DNA of 64,000 bases, taken from the NCBI GenBank assembly GCA_965203175.1, contig OZ241867.1, forward strand, positions 4,736,001-4,800,000. The letters are read 5' to 3'. The stretch comes from Candidatus Latescibacterota bacterium. Its GTDB lineage: Bacteria > Latescibacterota > UBA2968 > UBA8231. The notes beneath the pieces were generated by a model, which had not been told where the DNA came from, did not search any database, and saw only the letters and a list, made by a program, of their open reading frames with translations. Each line of letters starts with the position of its first letter. The first letter of the stretch is position 1. Shown one piece after another: positions 47,765-57,783 of this stretch. The position numbers and the translations under genes are program-made.

Positions 47765-48546
47765 ATACTTGGAAGACGCTGTACATAAAGGAAATAAAGG
47801 ACAACCGCACCCTGTTCGTCTTGCTGCCGTTGGTGACGGTCTTTCTCGAACTCGTTGCGGTGCTGTCTTTCGACGACGGGCAGGACCCTTCGCTCCACTT
47901 CCTGTGGAGCTTTGTTCCCTATGCGTTTTTACTGATCCTGCCTTTTGTGCTCAGCCACTCGTTCGCCCAAGAAGTAAAAGGGCAGACCCATTATCTGCTC
48001 CTCTCCCTGCCAGTGTCGCGCACGCAGATCTTAGCGGCCAAAGCTGCGGCCGTGGCGACCCTCGGCATCGTCTTATTCGCGTTGAGCAGCGCCGGTTTCA
48101 TCGTCGTTGTCGGCGAACTGCACTTACTCGCACTCGAGGCGAAGAAAACGTCATCACATGCACTACATTTCGTTCCCCTGTTCAGCGACATCGCAGTGGA
48201 CATCCTAATTATCAGCGGAGTGTTCTACCTATCAGCGATGGCAGTGATGCTGGGCATTGCCGGCGGGGCCTCCGGCCTGAAGTTGGTGGTGCGGCGCTTT
48301 GCTGGCCTCGCTTCTACCGCCTTCGTCTTAGGCGTGTTGTACTTCTACTTTAGCACCCTTCCCGATGTGCTCGACTTGTCCGGCGCGCACGAGGTACTCT
48401 GGTTCGACCGCGATTCTGACGAGCCGATAGGACTAAACTCGGAGTCTCTCAAGCTCAGTTTCATGTTCCTCGGGTACTCGGTCTTCGTCGGCCTAGCATC
48501 CATGGGAATCGGGATGTGGCTGTTTGAAAAGCGGGCCGAAGCCTGA
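47761..48546 (+). CDS. ABC-2 type exporter permease
   Basis: About 6 TM segments, LLSLPVSRTQILAAK. Confidence 0.88.
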   Translation: MNTWKTLYIKEIKDNRTLFVLLPLVTVFLELVAVLSFDDGQDPSLHFLWSFVPYAFLLILPFVLSHSFAQEVKGQTHYLLLSLPVSRTQILAAKAAAVATLGIVLFALSSAGFIVVVGELHLLALEAKKTSSHALHFVPLFSDIAVDILIISGVFYLSAMAVMLGIAGGASGLKLVVRRFAGLASTAFVLGVLYFYFSTLPDVLDLSGAHEVLWFDRDSDEPIGLNSESLKLSFMFLGYSVFVGLASMGIGMWLFEKRAEA

Positions 48547-49517
48547 ACGTAGTCCAAATATATCCAGCCTCGCGATCTGAGCAGGAGGACCTGATTGGAT
48601 AGTTGCGATAGCTCTTACAGAAGCAGCAATCCACACTCTTCCACCAAGGAGGACATCATGCAACCCTTAGCCATTCGCATCCTATATGTCGCCCTGATCG
48701 CCGTCTATAGTGGCGTCTCCAGCGCAGCGGCCGTCGAGACCAAGTACCCGCAGGGCGGCTTTGAGCCCCGCATCGACAAATTCCAGGGCTTGCAGGACTA
48801 TATTCACACCGTGGAGAAGATCGAGGTCAAGGCCGGACCCAAGTTGTGGAAGGCCATCGAGTCTATTCCCGTCGCGACGGGCGTCCCCATCACCCCCGAG
48901 CAAGAAGCCGATCTGCGCGACTGGCTCTACGACTTTCTCGTCGCCTTCTCCGCCTCGGGCAATGACAGCCTCGCCGCCGAGTTTTATCTGCGCGAGGGCG
49001 TCAACAACCCCAGGGCCTTAAAAAACATGGAAGAGACCCTAGCGGATTGGGGCATCGCAAAAGGCGATACGCCCTCTGACCTCTTCCGTGCTATGCACCG
49101 AGCCGTACTCGACGATCAAGGTTATGAATACCGCTTTGGCAATGCCTTCTTTCGCCACAGTACGTTCAAGGTGTTCGAGATGCAGGGCCAGTACGAGCGC
49201 TATCGGTCGTACCCGAGGAACGTTGTCAAGGCCAAGTTCAAATTGCAGCAAGAGGTTGAGACGGCGCTGCGAGCCGGCAAGAAGCGGGTCTTCACCGACA
49301 TCGCGTTTGTCACCGAAGAGCCAGCCGAGTTCGCCGGGTCGGAAGACCCGATCTGCACCCCCTTCTTTTGCCGGCTGGTTTGGGATCCCGAGCGGGCGAT
49401 GTGGCGCTTTGTAGAGGTCTTCTACACCTCCAAACTGCCGCACCCTTTCTTGTTTTCGGCCATATAACCGGCCTTGAGACTGGGATGTGGCTATTTGAAA
49501 AGCGGGCCGAAGCCTAA
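48511..49517 (+). repeat. 36-bp direct repeat pair (48511-48546 and 49482-49517) bracketing one gene
   Basis: GGGATGTGGCT[G/A]TTTGAAAAGCGGGCCGAAGCCT[G/A]A, 34/36 identical. Confidence 0.9.
48658..49467 (+). CDS. Secreted hypothetical protein
   Basis: AAGGAGG RBS, signal peptide MQPLAIRILYVALIAVYSGVSSA; no family recognised. Confidence 0.78.
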   Translation: MQPLAIRILYVALIAVYSGVSSAAAVETKYPQGGFEPRIDKFQGLQDYIHTVEKIEVKAGPKLWKAIESIPVATGVPITPEQEADLRDWLYDFLVAFSASGNDSLAAEFYLREGVNNPRALKNMEETLADWGIAKGDTPSDLFRAMHRAVLDDQGYEYRFGNAFFRHSTFKVFEMQGQYERYRSYPRNVVKAKFKLQQEVETALRAGKKRVFTDIAFVTEEPAEFAGSEDPICTPFFCRLVWDPERAMWRFVEVFYTSKLPHPFLFSAI

Positions 49518-50407
49518 GCAGATCGCTTGCGCTCGGCCCACGTGCGGCGTTTGCGGCGGTGCAACGCAACATCGTCGCGGTAGGAGTCGGGGTCGCGGTC
49601 CAAGCCGGTCTCGCGGTCGAGGAAGAGCGGGAAGTCGGACGCCGGGGGTTTGGCGTTGTGATACGCGTTGGTGTAGGAACGCATGATGATGCGCTGTTCG
49701 CGGTTGAGCGTCTCAAGCCAAGCAGGATCGGACTGGAGGCGGTCGGCTGGAGTGACCCAAGCCGGGCAGTAGGCGTAGAAGATATTCTTGCGCACCACGT
49801 CGCTCTCGTTGGGCTCGACGCGATGCCAGATGCTCGAGTGCATAAAGGTCATGGTGCCCTTGCGCAGGCAGACCACCCGCTCGCCCGGGATCGACTCGTG
49901 GCTATCGTACTCATCGACGTATTGCTTGCGGTGGCTGCCGGGCAGGACCACTAGGTTGCCCATCTTGGCCCGCGGCAGGTCGGTCAGCCACAAGCCGATC
50001 TTGATTTGCAGCGGCAATTCGGGCGAGAAGGTGCCATAAGGCACGGCGCGGGCACCATCGGGATGCCAGAGATTGTAGCGTTCGCCGCCGGGCGGACGAA
50101 TAAAAAACTGGCTCTGATGCAGCTTGAGCAATTCGCCGAAGAGGTCGTAGGCGTAGCCGATGTGGCGAGGGTGATCAATGAGCGCGGCAAAAGCGGGATC
50201 GCGCTCGACGATATTTTGGCAGCCAAAGGTCTCCCCCGCCCGGTATTTGGGGCTAGATTGGCAAACGCGATCGACCGCGGCTGTGAGTTCATCAACGGCC
50301 TCTTGGTCGAGGGCATCTTCAAAGAAGAGGATCCCCTCGCGGTTGAAGGTCTCCCACTCATCCTCGGTAAAGCCGGGCGGGGCGATGCGGTAGGTGGAAT
50401 CGGTCAT
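49514..50407 (-). CDS. Phytanoyl-CoA dioxygenase (PhyH) family Fe(II)/2OG oxygenase
   Basis: WHPD...IWH facial triad, LVVLPGSH, distal R; start trimmed to MTDSTY. Confidence 0.88.
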   Translation of the reverse strand: MTDSTYRIAPPGFTEDEWETFNREGILFFEDALDQEAVDELTAAVDRVCQSSPKYRAGETFGCQNIVERDPAFAALIDHPRHIGYAYDLFGELLKLHQSQFFIRPPGGERYNLWHPDGARAVPYGTFSPELPLQIKIGLWLTDLPRAKMGNLVVLPGSHRKQYVDEYDSHESIPGERVVCLRKGTMTFMHSSIWHRVEPNESDVVRKNIFYAYCPAWVTPADRLQSDPAWLETLNREQRIIMRSYTNAYHNAKPPASDFPLFLDRETGLDRDPDSYRDDVALHRRKRRTWAERKRSA

Positions 50408-50469
50408 GGTGGAGGTTCCTGTGTGAAAGGTTGGAAAAAATGGCCTCTTTATTTCCAATTCTTCTTCTT

Positions 50470-50492
50470 TTTTGGAATTATTGATTCCAAAA
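50470..50492. promoter_or_regulatory. Perfect inverted repeat, putative operator
   Basis: TTTTGGAAT-TATTG-ATTCCAAAA in AT-rich intergenic region; a second TTGGAAA...TTTCCAA at 50431-50458. Confidence 0.55.
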
Positions 50493-50527
50493 TATCATTT
50501 AACAAAGCCGATCCACTAGCTGGATAG

Positions 50528-51274
50528 CTATGCGCGGCGCTGGTACGCAATGGCGTAAAAAGCCTGCGATCGGCCGCTGCGGTTTGGCTCGCTGCGGTGC
50601 CAGGTGTAATTGCTGAAGAACAGTCCGTCTCCCGGCCTAGTGGCGATTAGCTTCTCTTGGGCAAAGTCCACTTGCTCCAGAGGCACGCGATGGCGTTTGA
50701 AAGGCTGGAAGCCATCGTCGCCCACGTGGCCCATGGGTGGATCGTCGTAGTACGATTCGTGCTCGATGAGCTGCCAACCCTGGTGGCTGGCCGGCATCAC
50801 GGCCAAGGCACTGGCTTCTATCCCGACTTCCGTCAAAGGAATCCAGCAGTTGCACCCCAACTCTGGCGCTATTTTCCAATAGAACGAATCTTGGTGGAAA
50901 TAGCTACACCCCCCCTGCTCTTCGACGATCGCAGCGTGCTTGACCCCTATTTGATCAGTAAAGCGCTCCACTGGCCCTCCCAGCAAGGCCGCCATGACTT
51001 CGGCCAAGTGCGAATGATCGGCGATCCGCGCGAACACCTCCTCTTGGCTGGCAGGCTGCTGAATGCCGCCCGGCAGCGGACTGCCCCCGGCGGCTTTATA
51101 ACGACTTGGATCGAGCACTTGGAAATGCCTCTCCGACCAGTCGGGTACGTCCACGGCTATTTCCATGGTGCGCTGGCGTGCGACCTCAATCAGATCGTCC
51201 GGGATCAATTCTTCGACTAGGCAATAGCCTTCTTCGCGGTATTGCCGCAAATGCGTCTCTGTCGCTAAAACCAT
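50528..51274 (-). CDS. PhyH family dioxygenase
   Basis: FHQD...TWHRS, CWIPL, MPASH. Confidence 0.88.
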   Translation of the reverse strand: MVLATETHLRQYREEGYCLVEELIPDDLIEVARQRTMEIAVDVPDWSERHFQVLDPSRYKAAGGSPLPGGIQQPASQEEVFARIADHSHLAEVMAALLGGPVERFTDQIGVKHAAIVEEQGGCSYFHQDSFYWKIAPELGCNCWIPLTEVGIEASALAVMPASHQGWQLIEHESYYDDPPMGHVGDDGFQPFKRHRVPLEQVDFAQEKLIATRPGDGLFFSNYTWHRSEPNRSGRSQAFYAIAYQRRA

Positions 51275-51307
51275 AATTTTCTCCTCCCGCGAGTTATGCG
51301 TCTGGCC

Positions 51308-52498
51308 CTACCCTGCCTCGACATCGGAGCGGTACGGTACGCGCCCGTGCAGCAACGCATCGCAGGCCGCCCCCACCGCCGGATTGCCACCAGTCAAACA
51401 CCCCATAGCCCGGGCTTGGGCCACGGTCAAGCTGCCGGCAAACAACTGGGTAAAAGTGTTAATGTCGCAGCACAACGCGTCTTTATCTGCCTTTTCCGAA
51501 ACTTGCACCTGACCTCCTTCAGCCTGCACTGTCGCGACCAGCGGCTTATCGGCATTCACCACCCAATCGGCGACCTCAAACGAGACCGTCGCCTGCAAAT
51601 TTTCGGGCGGCTTGAGATGCGCCAGAGCCTGAGCCACGTCCAGCACCCGCAGCGCTAGGTCGTGTTCAACGGAAGCATCAAAACGCTCTGGAAAAGTGCG
51701 GAGTAACAGACTGTCAGGCGGCAGCTCAAGTCTCAGAGCGGCTACCCCGTCCATATCGGCCAAGGACCGCACAAATTTCAATTGGGCAGTAAAAGAAGCC
51801 CCGTGCAACTCCCGCACGGTAATGCGTTTGCCTTGGCCGCGCCCCATATCCCCTATTCCCATTACAGCGGAACAGTCTATGCCCCCACCATCCCCCTCCA
51901 GCACCCAAAGCTCGCGCTTTATATCCTCCTTTTGCCAAAACGCTTCCGAGCGCACTGACTGCCCATTGCGCAGTTGCGCCCCCTCGGTGTGCAACCGATG
52001 CACGGCGGTTGTGTCCTCCGCGGTCGCCCGCCGTACCGTCCCAGTCTCCTCCGTAGCTTGACGCACCAAATCCGGCCATACTTTCAGTTCCAATCTCGGT
52101 GCCGGACAAGCCCAACCGAATTTGCCGTACCACCTAAAGGAAAAAGGCCACAGCGGACTAACGCAGCAACCGCGTTCCCGCAGTATGTGAATGGCCTGCA
52201 CCATAAGCCCACCCGCGTGACCACGCCGCTTATGCTTGGGATCGGTAGCCACCCCGCCAATGGCCCCAGCCGGAATCTGTGCCGCGCCCCACCACAGCGA
52301 TTCGGGCTGATAGCCCAAGGCGCACACCAAAGTCCCTTCCCCATCAAAGCCAGCCAGCGCCGTCTCATCATCCCCGTACCAATCTTCAGCGTGTTCCATA
52401 AAGGCGCGTCCGGCCACTAAGCGGGCATGGGGTAAACCCTCCGGTCCTAGCTGGCGGACGTCTAGGTCTTTATTGTAATGGGGTTGCTGCATCACCAT
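51308..52498 (-). CDS. Eis-like GNAT acetyltransferase with C-terminal SCP2-like domain
   Basis: GGVATDPKHKRRGHA, LWPFSFRWYGKFGW, LRVLDVAQAL. Confidence 0.87.
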   Translation of the reverse strand: MVMQQPHYNKDLDVRQLGPEGLPHARLVAGRAFMEHAEDWYGDDETALAGFDGEGTLVCALGYQPESLWWGAAQIPAGAIGGVATDPKHKRRGHAGGLMVQAIHILRERGCCVSPLWPFSFRWYGKFGWACPAPRLELKVWPDLVRQATEETGTVRRATAEDTTAVHRLHTEGAQLRNGQSVRSEAFWQKEDIKRELWVLEGDGGGIDCSAVMGIGDMGRGQGKRITVRELHGASFTAQLKFVRSLADMDGVAALRLELPPDSLLLRTFPERFDASVEHDLALRVLDVAQALAHLKPPENLQATVSFEVADWVVNADKPLVATVQAEGGQVQVSEKADKDALCCDINTFTQLFAGSLTVAQARAMGCLTGGNPAVGAACDALLHGRVPYRSDVEAG

Positions 52499-52580
52499 TC
52501 TCCTCCTCTGGGCATTGTCCTACCAACCCGAGTATCGCTATTATTCCCAACAATGGGAAGCGACTAACTTGAGCGTCAAA

Positions 52581-54221
52581 ATGAAAATTATCAATCGCAG
52601 TAGCATCAACCGCAGCCAGCCAAATACGCCACGGCCCTTTTCGCCCTTTCTCGCGCTCGCGGGCTGGCCGACCTTGGCGTGGTTGGTCCCCCTCTTGGGG
52701 CTAACTGCGGCTTTTGGCGAAATAGTGGGCGCAGCAAACTGCGGCGACTCGGTGTGGAATGCTGATGACGACGCGCGCTACGTCACCCGCTTCCACGAAC
52801 ACCACGGGCCGATAGAACCAGTGGAGCCACTGGCGACGTATCTGGAAATTCGCAACTACGACCGCTTCAACGGAGCCGTCCTCGACGACCGGCTGGCGCT
52901 CGTGGCCCGCAGCGGTGCCGATCAGGGCTGGTCGCCGACCGTCGGCGTGGACTCGTGGAGCGTATCGCTCAACGAGATGTACCGGCACACGGGCGATCGC
53001 CGCTACTTCGACGAAAATCTCAAGCTCGTCCGCGTCGTCATCAACAACCGCGACGACCGGCGCGTGCCCCAAGAGCAGTTGTGGAACGGCTCGGTGGTAC
53101 CGCTGTGGAGCGATGGCACCTACTCCTCGCGCGGACGCGAGGCCTATGTCCTGCACACCGGGCTAATCGCCTATCCGATCTTCGACTTCCTACTAATCGC
53201 CCGCGAGGACCCCAACCTGCTGGCTGCCTTCGACTCCGGTGAGTACGACCGCATCTTAGCAGACGTACAAGCGGCGGTGTCCTTCCACGACGCCGAGTGG
53301 GTTGACGGGCCCGGGCCGTCCGAGGGCTACTACCATCACCCGTCCGATTACCAAGACTCCAACTACGCCACCGTGCCCGTGCCGTTCAACTGGCTCAGCG
53401 CCATGGGCCGTGCTCTGTGGACTTCCCACCTGCTGACCGGCAACCTTGAGCACAGAGATCGCGCCATCCGCTTGGCCCACTACTGCAGGAATCGTCTCCA
53501 TCCAACGCCCGACGGGGCCTACATCTGGGAGTACTACCTGCCACGGGAGTCAATCCGGCACCTGAGTAAGCAGTGGAATGAGGTGTTCTCCGAGGATACC
53601 GGTCACGCCGCCCTCAGTCTCACCTTTCCGATTATGATGGCGGACCACGGCCAAGTCTTTGACGCCAGCGACATGATGCGCTTCGGCCAGACGGTCCGCT
53701 GCGGCTTCGGTCGCCTCGGAGGGGGTGTGCTGCTCGGCGAGATTAACGGAGACCCGACCCGCTTCGGGCCAGCCCAGGTGAGCGTCATGGCTCCCTTCCT
53801 GCGCCTCACTCCCTACGTGCCGGAGGTATTCCCAATCATCGCCGCGTACTACACCTATTTCATCGACTCGGAAGGGCCGCTCGACGGGGCGCTACTGCGT
53901 CGCTTCAAGCCCACCGCTGCGGTACCCACGGTCGTGCAAGAGGAACTGGAGAGGCCGCTGGTGGCGGCGCTTGCGCAGCCCTACCCAAATCCCTTCAATA
54001 GCTCGGTGCAGATCGAGTACTCCCTCGCAGTCGCTGCTGCGGTACGCCTAGAGATATTCGACGTAGCCGGACAGCGACTGCGGACGCTCATCAACACACA
54101 ACAGGCTTCGGGAACGCACCGTGCACACTGGGAAGCTGATGACGTCGCCGCTGGCCCTTACATCGTCCGCCTGCGGGCCGGCGAGTGGAGTCAGACGCGC
54201 AAGCTCATGCTGCTCAAGTAG
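52581..54221 (+). CDS. Secreted protein (probable alpha/alpha-toroid core) with T9SS/FlgD-type C-terminal domain
   Basis: C-terminus LAQPYPNPFNSSVQIEY...IFDVAGQRLRTL...GPYIVRL...RKLMLLK; N-terminus is a copy of the downstream gene's start. Confidence 0.82.
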   Translation: MKIINRSSINRSQPNTPRPFSPFLALAGWPTLAWLVPLLGLTAAFGEIVGAANCGDSVWNADDDARYVTRFHEHHGPIEPVEPLATYLEIRNYDRFNGAVLDDRLALVARSGADQGWSPTVGVDSWSVSLNEMYRHTGDRRYFDENLKLVRVVINNRDDRRVPQEQLWNGSVVPLWSDGTYSSRGREAYVLHTGLIAYPIFDFLLIAREDPNLLAAFDSGEYDRILADVQAAVSFHDAEWVDGPGPSEGYYHHPSDYQDSNYATVPVPFNWLSAMGRALWTSHLLTGNLEHRDRAIRLAHYCRNRLHPTPDGAYIWEYYLPRESIRHLSKQWNEVFSEDTGHAALSLTFPIMMADHGQVFDASDMMRFGQTVRCGFGRLGGGVLLGEINGDPTRFGPAQVSVMAPFLRLTPYVPEVFPIIAAYYTYFIDSEGPLDGALLRRFKPTAAVPTVVQEELERPLVAALAQPYPNPFNSSVQIEYSLAVAAAVRLEIFDVAGQRLRTLINTQQASGTHRAHWEADDVAAGPYIVRLRAGEWSQTRKLMLLK

Positions 54222-54334
54222 TCCTCTGGCGCGACTTTCCATATCCCAATCCGGGATGTCCGTCGTGAATCGCCATCAGTCCGGTGCCGATCTCGTACAA
54301 AAATGCGCAGTTGCAAAAACAAGGAAATATTGAG

Positions 54335-55459
54335 ATGAAAATTATCAACCGCGGCATCATCAACCGCGGCGAGCCCAATACGCCGCGCGCCTTTTCGACT
54401 TTTCCCGCGCTCATCCCGCTGGCCGACGGCTCGCTGCTGTCCACCTACCGCGTCGGCAGCAGCAAGGACTCGGCGGACGGCACGATCGAACTGAAGCGCT
54501 CGGACGATGGCGGGCAGTCTTGGAGCGCCCCCGCAACCCCTTTTGCCACGACCTTAAACGGGCTAAACGGCTCAATCAGGGTCGGCTATATCACCGACCT
54601 AGGCAACGGCCACCTGTTGCTCGCCGCCATGTGGGTAGACCGCCAGACCTATCCGGGCCAACCCCTCTTTAACGAAGAGACCGAAGGCTGCCTGCCGATG
54701 GAGATCGTCTTGGCCGATTCCCACGACCTAGGGCGCACCTGGTCCGACTGGCGCGTCGTGTCCGTCCCCCCGGACGTTGGCCCACCCAGCCTGACCAACC
54801 CCGTACTCATCCTGCCCAGCGGCCGACTGGCCTTGAGCATCGAGACCAATAAAACCTATTTGGACCGAGGCCAGTGGCTACAGCGGGTGGTGTATTTATA
54901 CTCGGAAGATCAGGGCCAGACCTGGAGCGATCCCGTCACCACCTGCCAAGACCCCACCGGCCGCATCTTCAACTGGGACCAGCGCGCTGGCGTCTGCCCC
55001 GACGGCCGCGTAGTCACCTTCACCTGGACCTACGACCGGCAGACAACCCAGTACCTCAATATCCAGCGCCACATCAGTTCAGACGAAGGCACCACTTGGT
55101 CTGCCCCCGATGATCTCGGTTTTCCCGACCAAGCCGCGCATCCGGCCATTTTGCCCGATGGCCGCGTGGTCTTGGCCTGGGTCGATCGCTTCCAGTCGCA
55201 CTCGATTCGCGCCCGCCTAGCCCTAGCAGCAGACGCCCCCTTTGACGCTGATACCGAAGTAGAGCTGTACCGCCAAACAGTCGAATCTTCGCAATCCGCG
55301 GCTGGCCAAGGAGACACCGGCGACTTGCTAGCCGAAATGGGCTTGTGGAGTTTTGGCCTACCCTTTTCAGCTGCCCTGCCCGATGGCGACGTCATGGTCG
55401 TCTATTACGCCGGCGACGACGTCTGCATGGAAGTGCGCTGGGCTCGTTTGTCACTATAG
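54335..55459 (+). CDS. BNR/Asp-box sialidase-like beta-propeller protein
   Basis: SDDGGQSW, SHDLGRTW, SEDQGQTW, SSDEGTTW; no signal peptide. Confidence 0.85.
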   Translation: MKIINRGIINRGEPNTPRAFSTFPALIPLADGSLLSTYRVGSSKDSADGTIELKRSDDGGQSWSAPATPFATTLNGLNGSIRVGYITDLGNGHLLLAAMWVDRQTYPGQPLFNEETEGCLPMEIVLADSHDLGRTWSDWRVVSVPPDVGPPSLTNPVLILPSGRLALSIETNKTYLDRGQWLQRVVYLYSEDQGQTWSDPVTTCQDPTGRIFNWDQRAGVCPDGRVVTFTWTYDRQTTQYLNIQRHISSDEGTTWSAPDDLGFPDQAAHPAILPDGRVVLAWVDRFQSHSIRARLALAADAPFDADTEVELYRQTVESSQSAAGQGDTGDLLAEMGLWSFGLPFSAALPDGDVMVVYYAGDDVCMEVRWARLSL

Positions 55460-55473
55460 GAGGATGCTTTCTC

Positions 55474-56919
55474 ATGCAGCAATCGCCCCCCAATCTCCTC
55501 TACATCCACTCCGACCAGCACAATCCCTACGTCATGGGCTGCGCTGGCGATCCGGTGGTGGAGACTCCGCATTTGGACCGCCTCGCCGCCGAAGGCGTGC
55601 AATGCACCCAAGTCTACTGCCCGTCGCCGGTGTGCGTGGCCTCGCGCATGGCCATGCTCGCGGGACGCTACCCCAGCGACATTGAAGTGTGGACCAACAA
55701 TCAGATCCTCGATTCGGGGGTGCCGACGATGGCCCACGCCATGGGAGCGGCCGGGTATCGACCCGTGCTGATCGGCCGCATGCACTCAATAGGTCCCGAC
55801 CAACTGCACGGCTATGTCGCAAGGCCAGTGGGCGACCACTCCTCCAATTGGCCCGGCGGGGGGCACGCCCCGGCCATGGCCCGTGGGAGTCTGGAAAAGG
55901 CCGGAGCGGGACAGAGCTCGTACCAAGTACACGACGAGGACGTGACCGCAGCAGCCGTGTACTTTCTAAATCAACTGGGAGTGCAAAAACGCGCCGGTCA
56001 AGCTGAAGGCCCCTTCAGCCTCAGCATCGGCTTTATGCTGCCGCATTCTCCCTATTTGGCGCGGCAACCTCTATACGATTACTACCGAGCGAAAATTCGC
56101 CCGCCCACGGTACGCGAGCCTTTTGGCGACCACCTCCATCCGGCGATCCGCTGGTGGCGGGCCCACGGCGGTTTGCAGGATGTGCCCGAGGAATGGGTGC
56201 TCAACGCCCGGGCTGCCTATTGGGCCTTGGTCGCCGAGATGGACGGCATGATCGGCCGCATTTTAACGGCCTTGCGAGAAAATGGCTTGGCCGACAATAC
56301 CCTAGTGGTATACAGCTCGGATCACGGCGAGTTGGTCGGCGAGCACGACTTGTGGATGAAGCGGACTTTTTACGAAGAGTCGGTCAAAGTGCCAGCCATT
56401 ATCTCTTGGCCCGGCGTTCTGCCGGCTGGGACGCGTTGCGACCGAGTGATGAGCGCCTTGGACCTCAACGCCACCATGCTCCAAGCCTTGGGTGCTCCGC
56501 CCTTACCCAATTCGCCAGGGCGGTCGGCACTGGAGTTTCTGCGCACGGGACAGAGCGATTGGGAGGATGTAGCCTTTTCGGAATACGCCCTGCGCGAGGG
56601 CCAAGTGCAGCGCATGGTCCGCCGCGGGCCGTGGAAGCTGGTCTACCACTGGCGGGAGCGCCCCCAGTTGTTCAATCTAGAAGAAGATCCTCAAGAGCGA
56701 GTGGACCGGGCCGCCGAGCCAGAGTGCCAAGAAGTGGTAGCCGAGTTGACCGACTTGGTCTTGGACGGATGGGATCCGGCCCATGTCGCGGCACGGCTGG
56801 AAGCGCGGCAGGCGGATATCGATTTGATCCGAGACTGGGCCGAACAGACTAACGCACCCGACCAGTTTCGCTGGGATCAGCGGTCGGATATGACCTATCG
56901 GGAGCTTCCATCTGGTTGA
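55474..56919 (+). CDS. Cys-type sulfatase (choline-sulfatase-like)
   Basis: PNLLYIHSDQH, SPVCVASR (CxAxR), GRMH, SSDHG, LFNLEEDPQE; start trimmed to MQQSPP. Confidence 0.9.
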   Translation: MQQSPPNLLYIHSDQHNPYVMGCAGDPVVETPHLDRLAAEGVQCTQVYCPSPVCVASRMAMLAGRYPSDIEVWTNNQILDSGVPTMAHAMGAAGYRPVLIGRMHSIGPDQLHGYVARPVGDHSSNWPGGGHAPAMARGSLEKAGAGQSSYQVHDEDVTAAAVYFLNQLGVQKRAGQAEGPFSLSIGFMLPHSPYLARQPLYDYYRAKIRPPTVREPFGDHLHPAIRWWRAHGGLQDVPEEWVLNARAAYWALVAEMDGMIGRILTALRENGLADNTLVVYSSDHGELVGEHDLWMKRTFYEESVKVPAIISWPGVLPAGTRCDRVMSALDLNATMLQALGAPPLPNSPGRSALEFLRTGQSDWEDVAFSEYALREGQVQRMVRRGPWKLVYHWRERPQLFNLEEDPQERVDRAAEPECQEVVAELTDLVLDGWDPAHVAARLEARQADIDLIRDWAEQTNAPDQFRWDQRSDMTYRELPSG

Positions 56920-56966
56920 TTCCCCACCTTTAGACGCCTATATTGCCCCGCGCCAAGGAGCATCCC

Positions 56967-57764
56967 ATGAGCACAGAACTTTTCGACTTGACCAACCAAG
57001 TGGCCGTGGTGATCGGCGGGGCCCGCGATTTGGGCCGCGACATGGCCGAGAGCTTAGCCGACGCCGGTTGTCACCTAGCCATCACCTCCCGCCAAAAAGC
57101 CAGTGCCCAAGCCACCGCAGAGCATCTCAAAGAGACCTACGGCTGTGAGGTGTACAGCGACGCCCTCGACATCTGCGACCACGCCGCCCTCAGCCAATTC
57201 GCCCAAGACGTGCACAAGTGGCAAGGCCGCGTCAATGTAGTGGTCAACAACGCCGGCGGCGGCTTGGGGCTGACTACCACCGACCTATTCGAGCGCAAGC
57301 CCGAAGACGCCCGCCTGCTCATCGACACCAATTTGACCGGCCCCCTCTTCTCCTGCCAAATCTTCGGCCGCATCATGGCCGAACAAGGCTCGGGCTCCAT
57401 CATCAACATCGCCTCTATCGCTGGTCTAGTCGGCCGCGACCGCCGCATGTACGAGCGCAGCGGCTTGGGCCAGCAACCGCTTGACTACGCCGCAGCCAAA
57501 GCCGGCGTCATCGGTCTGACGATGGACGCGGCCGCCTATTTAGCTCCTATGGGGGTGCGGGTCAACGCCATTTCGCCCGGCGGCTTTGAGCGCGGCCAAC
57601 CCCAGGCCTTTATCGACGCGTACAGCGACGCCACCGCCTTGGGCCGCATGGGCCGCGACGGCATGGACATGAAGGGAGCGGTGCGCTTTTTGGCCTCGCC
57701 CGCCGCCGACTATATCACTGGGCACAACTTGGTGGTGGACGGCGGCTTTTGCATGTGGAAGTAG
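56967..57764 (+). CDS. SDR family oxidoreductase (gluconate 5-dehydrogenase-like)
   Basis: GGARDLG, VNNAG, YAAAK, VNAISPG, VDGG. Confidence 0.92.
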   Translation: MSTELFDLTNQVAVVIGGARDLGRDMAESLADAGCHLAITSRQKASAQATAEHLKETYGCEVYSDALDICDHAALSQFAQDVHKWQGRVNVVVNNAGGGLGLTTTDLFERKPEDARLLIDTNLTGPLFSCQIFGRIMAEQGSGSIINIASIAGLVGRDRRMYERSGLGQQPLDYAAAKAGVIGLTMDAAAYLAPMGVRVNAISPGGFERGQPQAFIDAYSDATALGRMGRDGMDMKGAVRFLASPAADYITGHNLVVDGGFCMWK

Positions 57765-57783
57765 CGTCTCAGAGGATAAGCCA

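Noticed and set aside
48511-49517. Integron cassette with attC sites
   Set aside because: Flanks are direct repeats of coding sequence, with no RYYYAAC/GTTRRRY palindromic attC and no intI.
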